The notes under the pieces: generated by a model | The model's input: the letters and a program-made list of their open reading frames with translations, nothing else | The model's database searches: none | What the model was told of the DNA's origin: nothing | Shown here: piece after piece, positions 26,537-33,928 of the stretch | Layout of the letters: the number at the start of each line of letters is the position of its first letter | How positions within the stretch are numbered: position 1 is the stretch's first letter | NCBI GenBank assembly: GCA_036229005.1 | Contig: JAZAMN010000022.1 | Coordinates: 6,572 to 70,571, forward strand | Source: Myxococcota bacterium | Lineage (GTDB): Bacteria > Myxococcota_A > UBA796 > CAJQPC01 | DNA length: 64,000 nt | Direction of reading: 5' to 3' | Position numbers and translations under genes: made by a program

Positions 26537-27571
26537 TCACTCCGGGGGCGGTCCGGCGGCGGCCAGGACCTCCTGGAGGGTGGCCATCTCCGACATCACG
26601 GCGCAGGCGGAGCGCAGCATGGGCAGGCAGAGGGCGGCGCCGCTGGCCTCGCCGAGGCGCAAGCCCCAGTCCAGCAGGGCCTCGCCGGCGCCCAGAGCCT
26701 CCAAGATGGCCCGGTGGCCAGGCTCAGCGGAGGCGGTGGCCGGTCGAATGAAGCGGGCCAGGGATCCCCTCCCCTTCACCGCGCAGAGCGCCGCAGCGCC
26801 CACGATGAAGCCGTCCAACAACACGGGGATGCCCCGCTCGGCGGCTCCTTCGATGCAGCCGGCGATCGCGGCGAGCTCCAAGCCCCCCAGATCGGCCATC
26901 GCGGCCCAGGGGTCGCTGGGGCCATCGCGGTCCAGGGCGGCCTGCACGACGGCGACCTTGTGGGCGACACCCGCCGGGTCCAGGCCCGTCCCGGGGCCCA
27001 CCATCTCCTGCGCGGAGCGGCCCAGCAGGCGGGCGGAGAGCGCAGCGGCGGGGGTGGTGTTGCCGATGCCCATCTCGCCGAGGGCGAGCACCTGGATCCC
27101 GTCCCGGGCGGCCCGCTCGGCGGCGTCCACACCGGCCTGTCGCGCGGCCTGGAGCTGCTCGGGGGTCAGCGCGGGGCCCAGCATCAGGTCGGCGCTGCCC
27201 CGGGCCACCTTGGCGTTCACCACGGACACGCCGGGGGCGGGCGCAGGCAGCACGTCCAGGCCGGCCACGCCCACGTCCACGACCTCCAGCTCCGCGCCCG
27301 CCTGGCGCGCCAGAACGGACACCGCCGCCTTGCCCGCCGCGAAGGTGTGCACCATCGCCACGGTCACCGCCTGCGGGTAGGGACTCACGCCCTGCGCCAC
27401 CACGCCGTGATCGCCGGCGAACACGACCACGCGGGCCTTGTCGGCCTGGGGCATCGGGGTGTCCTGACACTCGGCCAGCCACAGGGCCAGCGCCTCCAGC
27501 CGCCCCAGGCTGCCGGGGGGCTTGGCCAGGGAATCCAGGTGGGCCTGCGCGGCCTCCACGCTCTCGCTCAT
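26537..27571 (-). CDS. cobT: nicotinate-nucleotide--dimethylbenzimidazole phosphoribosyltransferase
   Basis: LAKPPGSLGRLE, FAGDHGV, GEMGIGNTT and LDGFI motifs. Confidence 0.9.
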   Translation of the reverse strand: MSESVEAAQAHLDSLAKPPGSLGRLEALALWLAECQDTPMPQADKARVVVFAGDHGVVAQGVSPYPQAVTVAMVHTFAAGKAAVSVLARQAGAELEVVDVGVAGLDVLPAPAPGVSVVNAKVARGSADLMLGPALTPEQLQAARQAGVDAAERAARDGIQVLALGEMGIGNTTPAAALSARLLGRSAQEMVGPGTGLDPAGVAHKVAVVQAALDRDGPSDPWAAMADLGGLELAAIAGCIEGAAERGIPVLLDGFIVGAAALCAVKGRGSLARFIRPATASAEPGHRAILEALGAGEALLDWGLRLGEASGAALCLPMLRSACAVMSEMATLQEVLAAAGPPPE

Positions 27572-28077
27572 CGCGTCTCCTTCAGGGTGAGGACCTGCCC
27601 CAGAGCCACCAGCTCCACGCGGTCACAGAGTTCAGCCAGGCGCTGGCCCAGGAAGCCGGCCTCATCGCGGAAGCGGCGCGCCAGGGGGTTCAGGGGGACG
27701 ATGCCCAGCCCGACCTCGTTGGTGACCAGGATGACGGGGTTGGGCGCAGCCTGCAGCGCATCGGCCAGAGCGGTGAAGTCGGCATCCAGCGGGCCCTCCT
27801 TCCGCTCGTGCAGCAGGTTCGAGACCCAGAGCGTCAGGCAGTCCAGGAGCACGACCTTGCCGGGCTGGTGCAGGTGGGGGGCCACGTCGATGGGGGCCTC
27901 GATGGTGGTCCAGCCGGCGCCGCGGTCCGCCTGGTGTCGGGCGATGCGGTCGGTCATCTCGGCGTCGAAGGCCTGTCCGGTCGCCAGGTAGACGCGCTCG
28001 GGGGCCAAAGACTCGGCCAGGGCCTGGGCGCGGCGGCTCTTCCCGCTGCGGGCGCCGCCGGTGATGAGGGCCTTCAT
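27568..28077 (-). CDS. cobU: bifunctional adenosylcobinamide kinase / adenosylcobinamide-phosphate guanylyltransferase
   Basis: P-loop ITGGARSGKS, plus LLDCLTLW and VTNEVGLGIVP motifs. The ATG overlaps the upstream stop (ATGA 28074-28077). Confidence 0.9.
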   Translation of the reverse strand: MKALITGGARSGKSRRAQALAESLAPERVYLATGQAFDAEMTDRIARHQADRGAGWTTIEAPIDVAPHLHQPGKVVLLDCLTLWVSNLLHERKEGPLDADFTALADALQAAPNPVILVTNEVGLGIVPLNPLARRFRDEAGFLGQRLAELCDRVELVALGQVLTLKETR

Positions 28078-28742
28078 GGGGTGCCTCCAAGGGGCAGGGC
28101 GTGGGCCGTCTGCAGGGGACTCAGGGGCACGCGCGCGTCCCACTCCACCCGCTCGATGCGGTCGAAGGACAGGGGAATGGGGGGCAGCGCGCGCAGCGCG
28201 GAGAGCGCCTGGACGATGGGCCCGGTGGGGGTGGCCGGGTGGAAGAGCCCCACGGTGACGTGCGGCGCGTAGGGCGAGAAGCGCAGGTCCCGAGAGCCCT
28301 GGGAGAGGCGGGCTCTGAGGCCCTCCAGAGCGCCTTCGGCGTCGTCCACCTCCAGGACCGCGCAGCCCTCGAAGCAGCTCGCCGATCCCACCCGCAAGCG
28401 AGGACAGGCTGCCCCGCTCAGGGCCTGGGCCTGCGCCGCGAGCTGGCCGGCGTCCACGCTGTCCTCCACCCACCCGGGGGGCAAGGGCTCGGCGCTGGGG
28501 CCGTCCACGAAGCCGGCTACCCACACGGTGATGTGCAGGTCGCTGCTGGGTAGCGGGCGCAGCCACGGAGACAGCGCCTGGGCCACCTGCCGGACGCGCC
28601 GAACCGCCTCGGATGCGCCCACCCGCAGCACCCACGCGGAATAGCGCGCGCGCCCCCGCAGCCAGGCCTGTCGGCCACCCGGCGGGGGATCTGCGGTGTG
28701 GGGCAGCGCGCAGAAGCGCGCCCAGGCGGCCGGCCAGTCCAT
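28074..28742 (-). CDS. 2H phosphoesterase superfamily (LigT/CPDase-like) protein embedded in the cobalamin operon
   Basis: Two H-h-T-h motifs about 95 aa apart (SDLHITVWVAG and APHVTVGLF). 222 aa. Start and stop both overlap neighbouring cob genes (TGATG at 28744-28740; ATGA at 28074-28077), which supports this being the translated frame. Confidence 0.65.
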   Translation of the reverse strand: MDWPAAWARFCALPHTADPPPGGRQAWLRGRARYSAWVLRVGASEAVRRVRQVAQALSPWLRPLPSSDLHITVWVAGFVDGPSAEPLPPGWVEDSVDAGQLAAQAQALSGAACPRLRVGSASCFEGCAVLEVDDAEGALEGLRARLSQGSRDLRFSPYAPHVTVGLFHPATPTGPIVQALSALRALPPIPLSFDRIERVEWDARVPLSPLQTAHALPLGGTP

Positions 28743-29344
28743 CAGAACTCGACGCCCTTGCGCGCCCGGATGCCGGCGTCGAAGGCGTGCTTGACCAGGG
28801 TGTGCTCGGTGACGGTGTCGGCGGCGTCGATCACGGCCTGGGGCGCGTTGCGGCCGGTGACCACGATGGAGACGTGCTCGGGCTTGTTGCGGAGCACCTG
28901 GGCGACCTCGTCGGCGTCCAGGTAGTCGTAGCGCAGGGCGATGTTCAGCTCGTCCAGCACCACCACGTCGTGGGCGCCGCCCTGGATGAACTCCTTGGCC
29001 ATCGCCCAGCCCCGCTCAGCCGCGGCGATGTCCTTGGCGCGGTCCTGGGTGTTCCAGGTGAAGCCCTCGCCGGAGACCACGTGGGTGATCTCGGGGAAGC
29101 GCTTGAGGGCGGCCTGCTCGCCGGTCTTCCAGGTGCCCTTGATGAACTGGACGACGGCCACCTGCTGGCCGTGCCCGGCGGCGCGGATTGCCACCCCAAA
29201 GCCAGCGGTGGACTTGCCCTTTCCGTCACCGGTGTGGACGATCACCACGCCGCGCTTGATGTCCTTGGAGCGCGCCTTGGCGTCCTGCTCGGCCTTGAGG
29301 GCGGCCATGGCGGCCTTGTGCTCTTGTTCGGTGGGCTGGCTCAT
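28742..29344 (-). CDS. cobO: cob(I)yrinic acid a,c-diamide adenosyltransferase (CobA/CobO/BtuR type)
   Basis: HTGDGKGKSTAGFG P-loop, plus VVQFIKG and LDELN motifs. Confidence 0.9.
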   Translation of the reverse strand: MSQPTEQEHKAAMAALKAEQDAKARSKDIKRGVVIVHTGDGKGKSTAGFGVAIRAAGHGQQVAVVQFIKGTWKTGEQAALKRFPEITHVVSGEGFTWNTQDRAKDIAAAERGWAMAKEFIQGGAHDVVVLDELNIALRYDYLDADEVAQVLRNKPEHVSIVVTGRNAPQAVIDAADTVTEHTLVKHAFDAGIRARKGVEF

Positions 29345-30291
29345 TGGGGGCTCCGGGGGTGGACACGGGGTTGCAGCTCCTGGGCGGTCTTGAGCACGCC
29401 CAGGCCGGGGTCATTGGGGTAGCTGGGGGGCAGCTCGACGATCCGCCCGCCTTCGTGGCAGGCGCGGAGCTGCTCCAGGATGGAGTGCCGGCAGATGGTC
29501 GGGGTGCTGCCGCTGGGGGCCAGGATCAGGGGGGGATCCAGGGCCAGCAGGTCCTCGGCGCTGTAGCGGGGCCACATCTGGTGGCCGGCGTCCGCCGCCA
29601 CGTCGTGGATGCCGCTCAGGCGCAGCATGTCGCCGTAGCTGGTGCCTTGGGTGCCGCCGTACCAGGCGTCCCCAATGACGCTCAAGTAGATGCCGTCGAT
29701 GCGCTGGTCGGGCGGAACGGCCAGCTCCAGGGCGCGCTCCTGCAGGTCCAGGCTGCGCAGCAGGGCGTCTCCGCGGGCCGGGGCGCCGACGAGCTGGGAG
29801 AGCAGGCGGATGTCCTCGCGGGTGGACTCCAGACCGTACATGCCGCCCAGGTCGAAGGTGGGGATGCCCTCCTCCTCCAAGCGGGCGAGCAGCGCAGCGT
29901 CCACAAAGTTGGAGACGATCACCAGGTCGGGCTGGGCGCGGAGGATGGCCTCCAGGCGGTTGTTCTGTCCGATGGGGATCTGGGCGGAGAAGCGCCAGCC
30001 CTCGGAGTTGCCGGCGACGTTGGCCTCGGTGATGGCCACGAGCCGGCTGGGCTCCACCAGCTCCAGCAGCAGGTGGTCGGCGACCATGTGCAGGGAGACG
30101 ATGCGCTGGTAGTCGGCCACGGGGACGGCGATCCCGCGGCCATCCACGACCTCGGTGAGCGCGGCGGTGCTCTGGGCGGTGGACACGGAACCGGTGACCT
30201 CGGCGGCGGGCGGCGCAGCCCACATGGCCCCGGCCACCGAGCCCGCCAGAGCGGTGAGGAGCAGAGCCCCGTTGAGCAGCTCAGCCTTCAC
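29341..30291 (-). CDS. btuF: ABC-transporter periplasmic binding protein, BtuF/FecB class
   Basis: Signal sequence, then RIVSL...VAIT...PDLVIVSNF and PPLILAP patterns typical of cluster-8 binding proteins. Coupled by ATGA overlaps on both sides. Confidence 0.7.
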   Translation of the reverse strand: MKAELLNGALLLTALAGSVAGAMWAAPPAAEVTGSVSTAQSTAALTEVVDGRGIAVPVADYQRIVSLHMVADHLLLELVEPSRLVAITEANVAGNSEGWRFSAQIPIGQNNRLEAILRAQPDLVIVSNFVDAALLARLEEEGIPTFDLGGMYGLESTREDIRLLSQLVGAPARGDALLRSLDLQERALELAVPPDQRIDGIYLSVIGDAWYGGTQGTSYGDMLRLSGIHDVAADAGHQMWPRYSAEDLLALDPPLILAPSGSTPTICRHSILEQLRACHEGGRIVELPPSYPNDPGLGVLKTAQELQPRVHPRSPQ

Positions 30292-31028
30292 TCCCCCTCC
30301 CCGGGCAGCGACCAGGACGGGGCCTGGCCGGGGTGCATCTGGACGCCGTAGACCTGCAGGATGGGCTCGGGGGCGACGATCCCGGAGACCGGTCCGAAGG
30401 CGTGGACGCGGCCCTCGTGCAGGAGCACGGCGTCGTCGGCGTGGCGCTGGGCCTCGGCGAGATCGTGGAGGACGGAGACCACCAGGTGGCCCTGGTCGGC
30501 GAGCTCCCGCAGCACGCGGTGGATGGCGAGGGCGTGGCCCAGGTCCAGGGCGGAGGTGGCTTCGTCCAACAGCAGGGTGGTGGCGCCGACGGCCAGGGCG
30601 CGGGCCAGCAAGACGCGCTGCCGCTCGCCGCCGGAGAGCTGGGTGAAGGGGCGCTCCGCCAGGGCGGTGATCGAGACGCGCTCCATGGCCTGGTCCACCT
30701 GCTTGCGGCCGCCGCCGCCGTGGACGAAGCGGCCCAGGGCGACCACCTCGCGCACGGAGAGGGGGGCGTTGAGCAGGCTGCGCTGGGGCACGTAGGCGAC
30801 GCGGCGGGCGCGCTCGGGGGGCGACAGGGCGCCCAGCTCCTGGCCGTCCAGGGTGATGCGGCCCTGGCTGGGGAGCAGGCCCAGGATGGCCTTGAGCAGG
30901 GTGCTCTTGCCGACGCCGTTGGGGCCCAGCAGGGCGGTGATCCGGCCGCGCTCCAGGCGCAGGTCCACGCCGTCAAAGACCTGGTGGTCGCGGTGTCCGG
31001 CGCGCAGGCCGTGGAGCTCCAGGCTCAT
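30288..31028 (-). CDS. btuD: ABC transporter ATP-binding protein, BtuD/FecE class
   Basis: Walker A GPNGVGKST, signature LSGGERQR and Walker B LLLDEATSALD. Only the C-terminal 246 codons of track ORF 30288..32183 are real. Confidence 0.9.
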   Translation of the reverse strand: MSLELHGLRAGHRDHQVFDGVDLRLERGRITALLGPNGVGKSTLLKAILGLLPSQGRITLDGQELGALSPPERARRVAYVPQRSLLNAPLSVREVVALGRFVHGGGGRKQVDQAMERVSITALAERPFTQLSGGERQRVLLARALAVGATTLLLDEATSALDLGHALAIHRVLRELADQGHLVVSVLHDLAEAQRHADDAVLLHEGRVHAFGPVSGIVAPEPILQVYGVQMHPGQAPSWSLPGEGE

Positions 31029-32026
31029 CCCAGCCTCCCCTGGCGGGCGGCGCGGGCCAGCAGGAAGAGGAACACGGGGGCGCCGACCAGGCCGGTGACG
31101 ACGCCCAGGGGGAGCGCGCCGGTGGTGGGGGCCAGGCGGACGATGAGGTCGGCCCAGAGGACGAACGCGGCGCCCCCGACGGCGGCGGCGGGGAGCAGGC
31201 GGCGGTGGCCGGCGCCCAGGAAGGGACGGAGGCCGTGGGGGACGACCAACCCGACGAAGCTGAGGCCGCCCCCGATGGCGACGGCGGCGGCGGTGAGGGT
31301 GGCGGTCCAGACGATGACCCAGCGGCGCACGCGGGGGACGTTGACGCCCAGAGAGGCGGCCTCGTCTTCGCCGGCCAGCAGCACGTCCAGGTGGCGGGAC
31401 CAGCCCATGCCCGCGGCGAGTCCGGCGGCGACCAGGGGGAAGGCCAGCGCGACGTGCCGAGCGCCCTTGGTGTCGATGCCGCCCAGGGTGAAGGCGACCA
31501 CGGCGCGGCCCAGCTCCCAGTTGTCCTGGGCGATGCTCATCATCAGGCCGCCCACGCTCAGGAAGAGGCTGCTGAGGATGAAGCCGGTGAGCAGGGTGGC
31601 CACCATGCCGGGGTTGCGCCCGCTGACCAGCAGCAGGAGCATCAGCGCGCCCCAAGCGCCCAGCAGGCACCCCAGGGGCAGCAGCAGCTCGGGGGGCAGG
31701 AAGCCCGGCAGCACGGCGGCCAGCAGGCCCTCCCACGCGACCATCACCAGCATGCCACCCAGGCTCGCGCCGGCGGTCGTGCCCAGGATCGAGGGGCTGG
31801 CCAAGGGGTTCCGGAACAGGCCCTGCACCAGCACGCCGCCCACAGCCAGGGCCGCCCCCGCCAGGCAGGCGTTGAGCACGCGCCAGAGCCGCAGGCGGAA
31901 CAGGGTCTGCTCCAGCGCGCCCTGCTCCTGGCCGGAGCCCAGCCACAGCGCCAGGCCCACCCCGCCAAAGAACAGGAGCAGGAGCACGGTCCAGACGCCC
32001 AGGACGCCGCGGGGAGGAGCGCTCAA
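31025..32026 (-). CDS. btuC: FecCD-family ABC permease, BtuC-like
   Basis: 333 aa, ~9-10 TM helices, with NPLASPSILG and GxxxFVGLVVPH motifs. Confidence 0.88.
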   Translation of the reverse strand: MSAPPRGVLGVWTVLLLLFFGGVGLALWLGSGQEQGALEQTLFRLRLWRVLNACLAGAALAVGGVLVQGLFRNPLASPSILGTTAGASLGGMLVMVAWEGLLAAVLPGFLPPELLLPLGCLLGAWGALMLLLLVSGRNPGMVATLLTGFILSSLFLSVGGLMMSIAQDNWELGRAVVAFTLGGIDTKGARHVALAFPLVAAGLAAGMGWSRHLDVLLAGEDEAASLGVNVPRVRRWVIVWTATLTAAAVAIGGGLSFVGLVVPHGLRPFLGAGHRRLLPAAAVGGAAFVLWADLIVRLAPTTGALPLGVVTGLVGAPVFLFLLARAARQGRLG

Positions 32027-32089
32027 GGGTGCAGGGGGAGTGGGGGGCCAAGGGGCCCAGAGAGTCGCCGCATCCTTCCCTCCGAAGGA

Positions 32090-32300
32090 CTGGGGTGATC
32101 GCAGAGGCCGGTCTCCTCGCTCCCGCTGATGAGTCTCGGGGACTCCTCGCGCCGCGCCTTCCCAGGGGAGTCCCCAGTGGCATGTGCGGTGCGATTCAGC
32201 GGTCAGAGTGGCGGGGGCCGCGCCGGTTCGCGGAGGCCCCCAGGGGGGCGCGCGTCCGGACTTCCCGTTTCATCCCCGAAGGGACACCTCTGCTGGGTCA
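32090..32300 (-). promoter_or_regulatory. cobalamin (B12) riboswitch upstream of the btuC-...-cobD operon
   Basis: The minus strand reads CAGAGGTGTCCCTTCGGGGATGAAACGGGAAGTCCGG...AACCGGCGCGGCCCCCGCCACTCTGACC...GGGAGCGAGGAGACCGGCCTCTGC, with a B12 box (AGCGAGGAGACCGGCC). Confidence 0.88.
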
Positions 32301-32349
32301 ATGAACTGGCGCCTGTCCTAGCGTGCGCTCCCCCCCCTCGCAAGCGCGC

Positions 32350-32931
32350 TCAGAAGCTCATCACCCCCACGTTGACCGCCGCGTAGGGCGCCTCCAGCCG
32401 CACCAGGGGCCCATCTTCGTTGAACAGCGAGGGCACCATGCCCAGCTCCGGCGCGATGAAGAGCTCCCGCTCCCCCACCCGCTTGCGGAACTCCAGGCCC
32501 ATGCCGACCTCGCCCACCGGGACCACCATGTTGGTGCCACCCTCCGGCGTGCCGTACACAAAGCCGGCGCTCAGGTGCAGGTAGGCGCCCCGGCTCTGCG
32601 ACTGCTCAAAGCGCATGTTGTAGTCGATCACCGGCCCCCAGGCGTAGGGCGGCGGGTCGTCCCCAGCCAGGCTGCCGGTGGGGATGTCGTGCATGTAGAC
32701 CGCGCGCAGGCCCAGCGTCTGCCCGTCGCCGATGTCCAGGCCCAGGCCGATGCTGGCCGCCGGGATGTCGCCCTTGGCCCCGAAGGGCACCGCGAAGGCG
32801 CCGCGCGTCAGCACGTAGAAGGGGCGCTCCTCGGGGGTTTGGGGGCTGGTGACCTCGCTGGCGGGCGGGGGTGCAGAGGGCTCCGGCGGGGACTGGGCCA
32901 GAGCGGTGGGGATCAGGATGGCGAACAGCAT
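32350..32931 (-). CDS. small outer-membrane beta-barrel-like protein, paralog B (ends ...VGVMSF)
   Basis: Signal peptide MLFAILIPTALAQ, a P-rich linker, alternating beta-strand pattern and a C-terminal Phe. The start abuts the upstream stop. Confidence 0.6.
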   Translation of the reverse strand: MLFAILIPTALAQSPPEPSAPPPASEVTSPQTPEERPFYVLTRGAFAVPFGAKGDIPAASIGLGLDIGDGQTLGLRAVYMHDIPTGSLAGDDPPPYAWGPVIDYNMRFEQSQSRGAYLHLSAGFVYGTPEGGTNMVVPVGEVGMGLEFRKRVGERELFIAPELGMVPSLFNEDGPLVRLEAPYAAVNVGVMSF

Positions 32932-33480
32932 TCAGCCCCCCTTCTTGGGGTCGAAGATCATGCCGACCGTGATGCTGGTGTAGGGCGCCTTGGCCCCCGG
33001 CACGACCCCCATCTCCGGGGAGATGAAGAGGCGGTCCCCCGAGTCCAGCTCCCGCACGGCCCGGGCGCCGAAGCCCGCCTCCAGGATGGGCAGGACGATG
33101 TTCTCCTTGCCGTCCTCGGCCGCGTAGACAAAGCCCAGGGACAGGCAGGGGTAGAAGTTGACGTTGCGCCCCGGGTTCAGGTGGAACTGGTAGTCCAGCA
33201 CCGGGCCCCAGGCCTGCTCCACGTCGCGCTGGTTGCCCGAGATGGGGTTGGCCGGCGGGTTGACCATGTAGATGGCGCGCAGGCCGAAGGTGTGGCCGTT
33301 CTCCAGCTCGACCCCCATGGCGACCCCGGCGGTGGGGACCTGCCCCAAGCCTCCGCTGGGCACCGCGACCGAGGCGCGCGTGGCCATGTAGGTGGGCCGC
33401 GGCGGCGGGGCGTCCGGGGCGTCCGGGGTGTCGGCCGCGCTGGCGGTCTGGAGGGAGGCGAGGAGGATGGTGGTGAACAT
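32932..33480 (-). CDS. small outer-membrane beta-barrel-like protein, paralog A
   Basis: MFTTILLASLQTASA signal peptide. Collinear similarity with paralog B (e.g. FGLRAIYMVNPP vs LGLRAVYMHDIP; LFISPEMGVVPG vs LFIAPELGMVPS). AGGAG lies 6 nt upstream. Confidence 0.6.
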   Translation of the reverse strand: MFTTILLASLQTASAADTPDAPDAPPPRPTYMATRASVAVPSGGLGQVPTAGVAMGVELENGHTFGLRAIYMVNPPANPISGNQRDVEQAWGPVLDYQFHLNPGRNVNFYPCLSLGFVYAAEDGKENIVLPILEAGFGARAVRELDSGDRLFISPEMGVVPGAKAPYTSITVGMIFDPKKGG

Positions 33481-33596
33481 GGAATCTCCTGGTTCACCCC
33501 TTTGGAGTGCAGGGCCCGTGCCACCAACTCAAGTACCTGATTTCACAGGCGAGGACAGGCTGACCGTCTCGGCAGGCGGGCCGGCTGCGTCTCCTG

Positions 33597-33614
33597 CTGA
33601 CGCGGGCGCGTCAG
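33597..33614. promoter_or_regulatory. perfect palindrome CTGACGCG-GG-CGCGTCAG
   Basis: 8-bp arms with a 2-bp centre, in the divergent intergenic region just left of the 31-bp array. Confidence 0.5.
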
Positions 33615-33626
33615 GACGGTGCGGGG

Positions 33627-33750
33627 GGCATCCAACCCTGAACGCCCGCGGGATCCGGGCATCCCACCCTGAACGCCCGCGGGATCCGGGCATCCCACCT
33701 TGAACGCCCGCGGGATCCGGGCATCCCACCTTGAACGCCCGCCACTGGGC
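33627..33750 (+). repeat. left block: 4 tandem copies of a 31-bp unit GGCATCC(C/A)ACC(C/T)TGAACGCCCGCGGGATCCG
   Basis: Copies start at 33627, 33658, 33689 and 33720, exactly 31 bp apart. The fourth diverges after 33742. Confidence 0.95.
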
Positions 33751-33757
33751 TCCAGAC

Positions 33758-33912
33758 CGGGCGTTGAACCCCAGATGCCCCCGCAGACCGGGCGTTCGAC
33801 CCCAGATGCCCCGAACACGCGGGCGTTCGACCCCGGATGCCCCGAACACGCGGGCGTTCGACCCCGTATGCCCCCGCAGTCCGGGCGTTCGACCCCCGAT
33901 GCTACCTTCCCT
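33758..33912 (-). repeat. right block: 5 tandem copies of the related unit in inverted orientation (CGGGCGTTCGACCCCAGATGCCCCGAACACG)
   Basis: Copies start at 33758, 33789, 33820, 33851 and 33882, exactly 31 bp apart. The reverse complement shares the GGGCATC and GAACGCCCG cores with the left unit. Confidence 0.95.
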
Positions 33913-33928
33913 CCGCAAGGGAGCCCCC

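Noticed and set aside
30288-32183. 631-aa minus-strand ORF suggesting a BtuC-BtuD fusion
   Set aside because: The N-terminal ~385 codons are an alternative frame over btuC with R/P/G-rich junk. The real btuD starts at ATG 31028, overlapping the btuC stop.
33627-33912. CRISPR array interpretation of the 31-bp repeats (and of 62943-63062)
   Set aside because: The repeats are contiguous, with no unique spacers between them. The two blocks are mutually inverted. No cas genes are present in the window.
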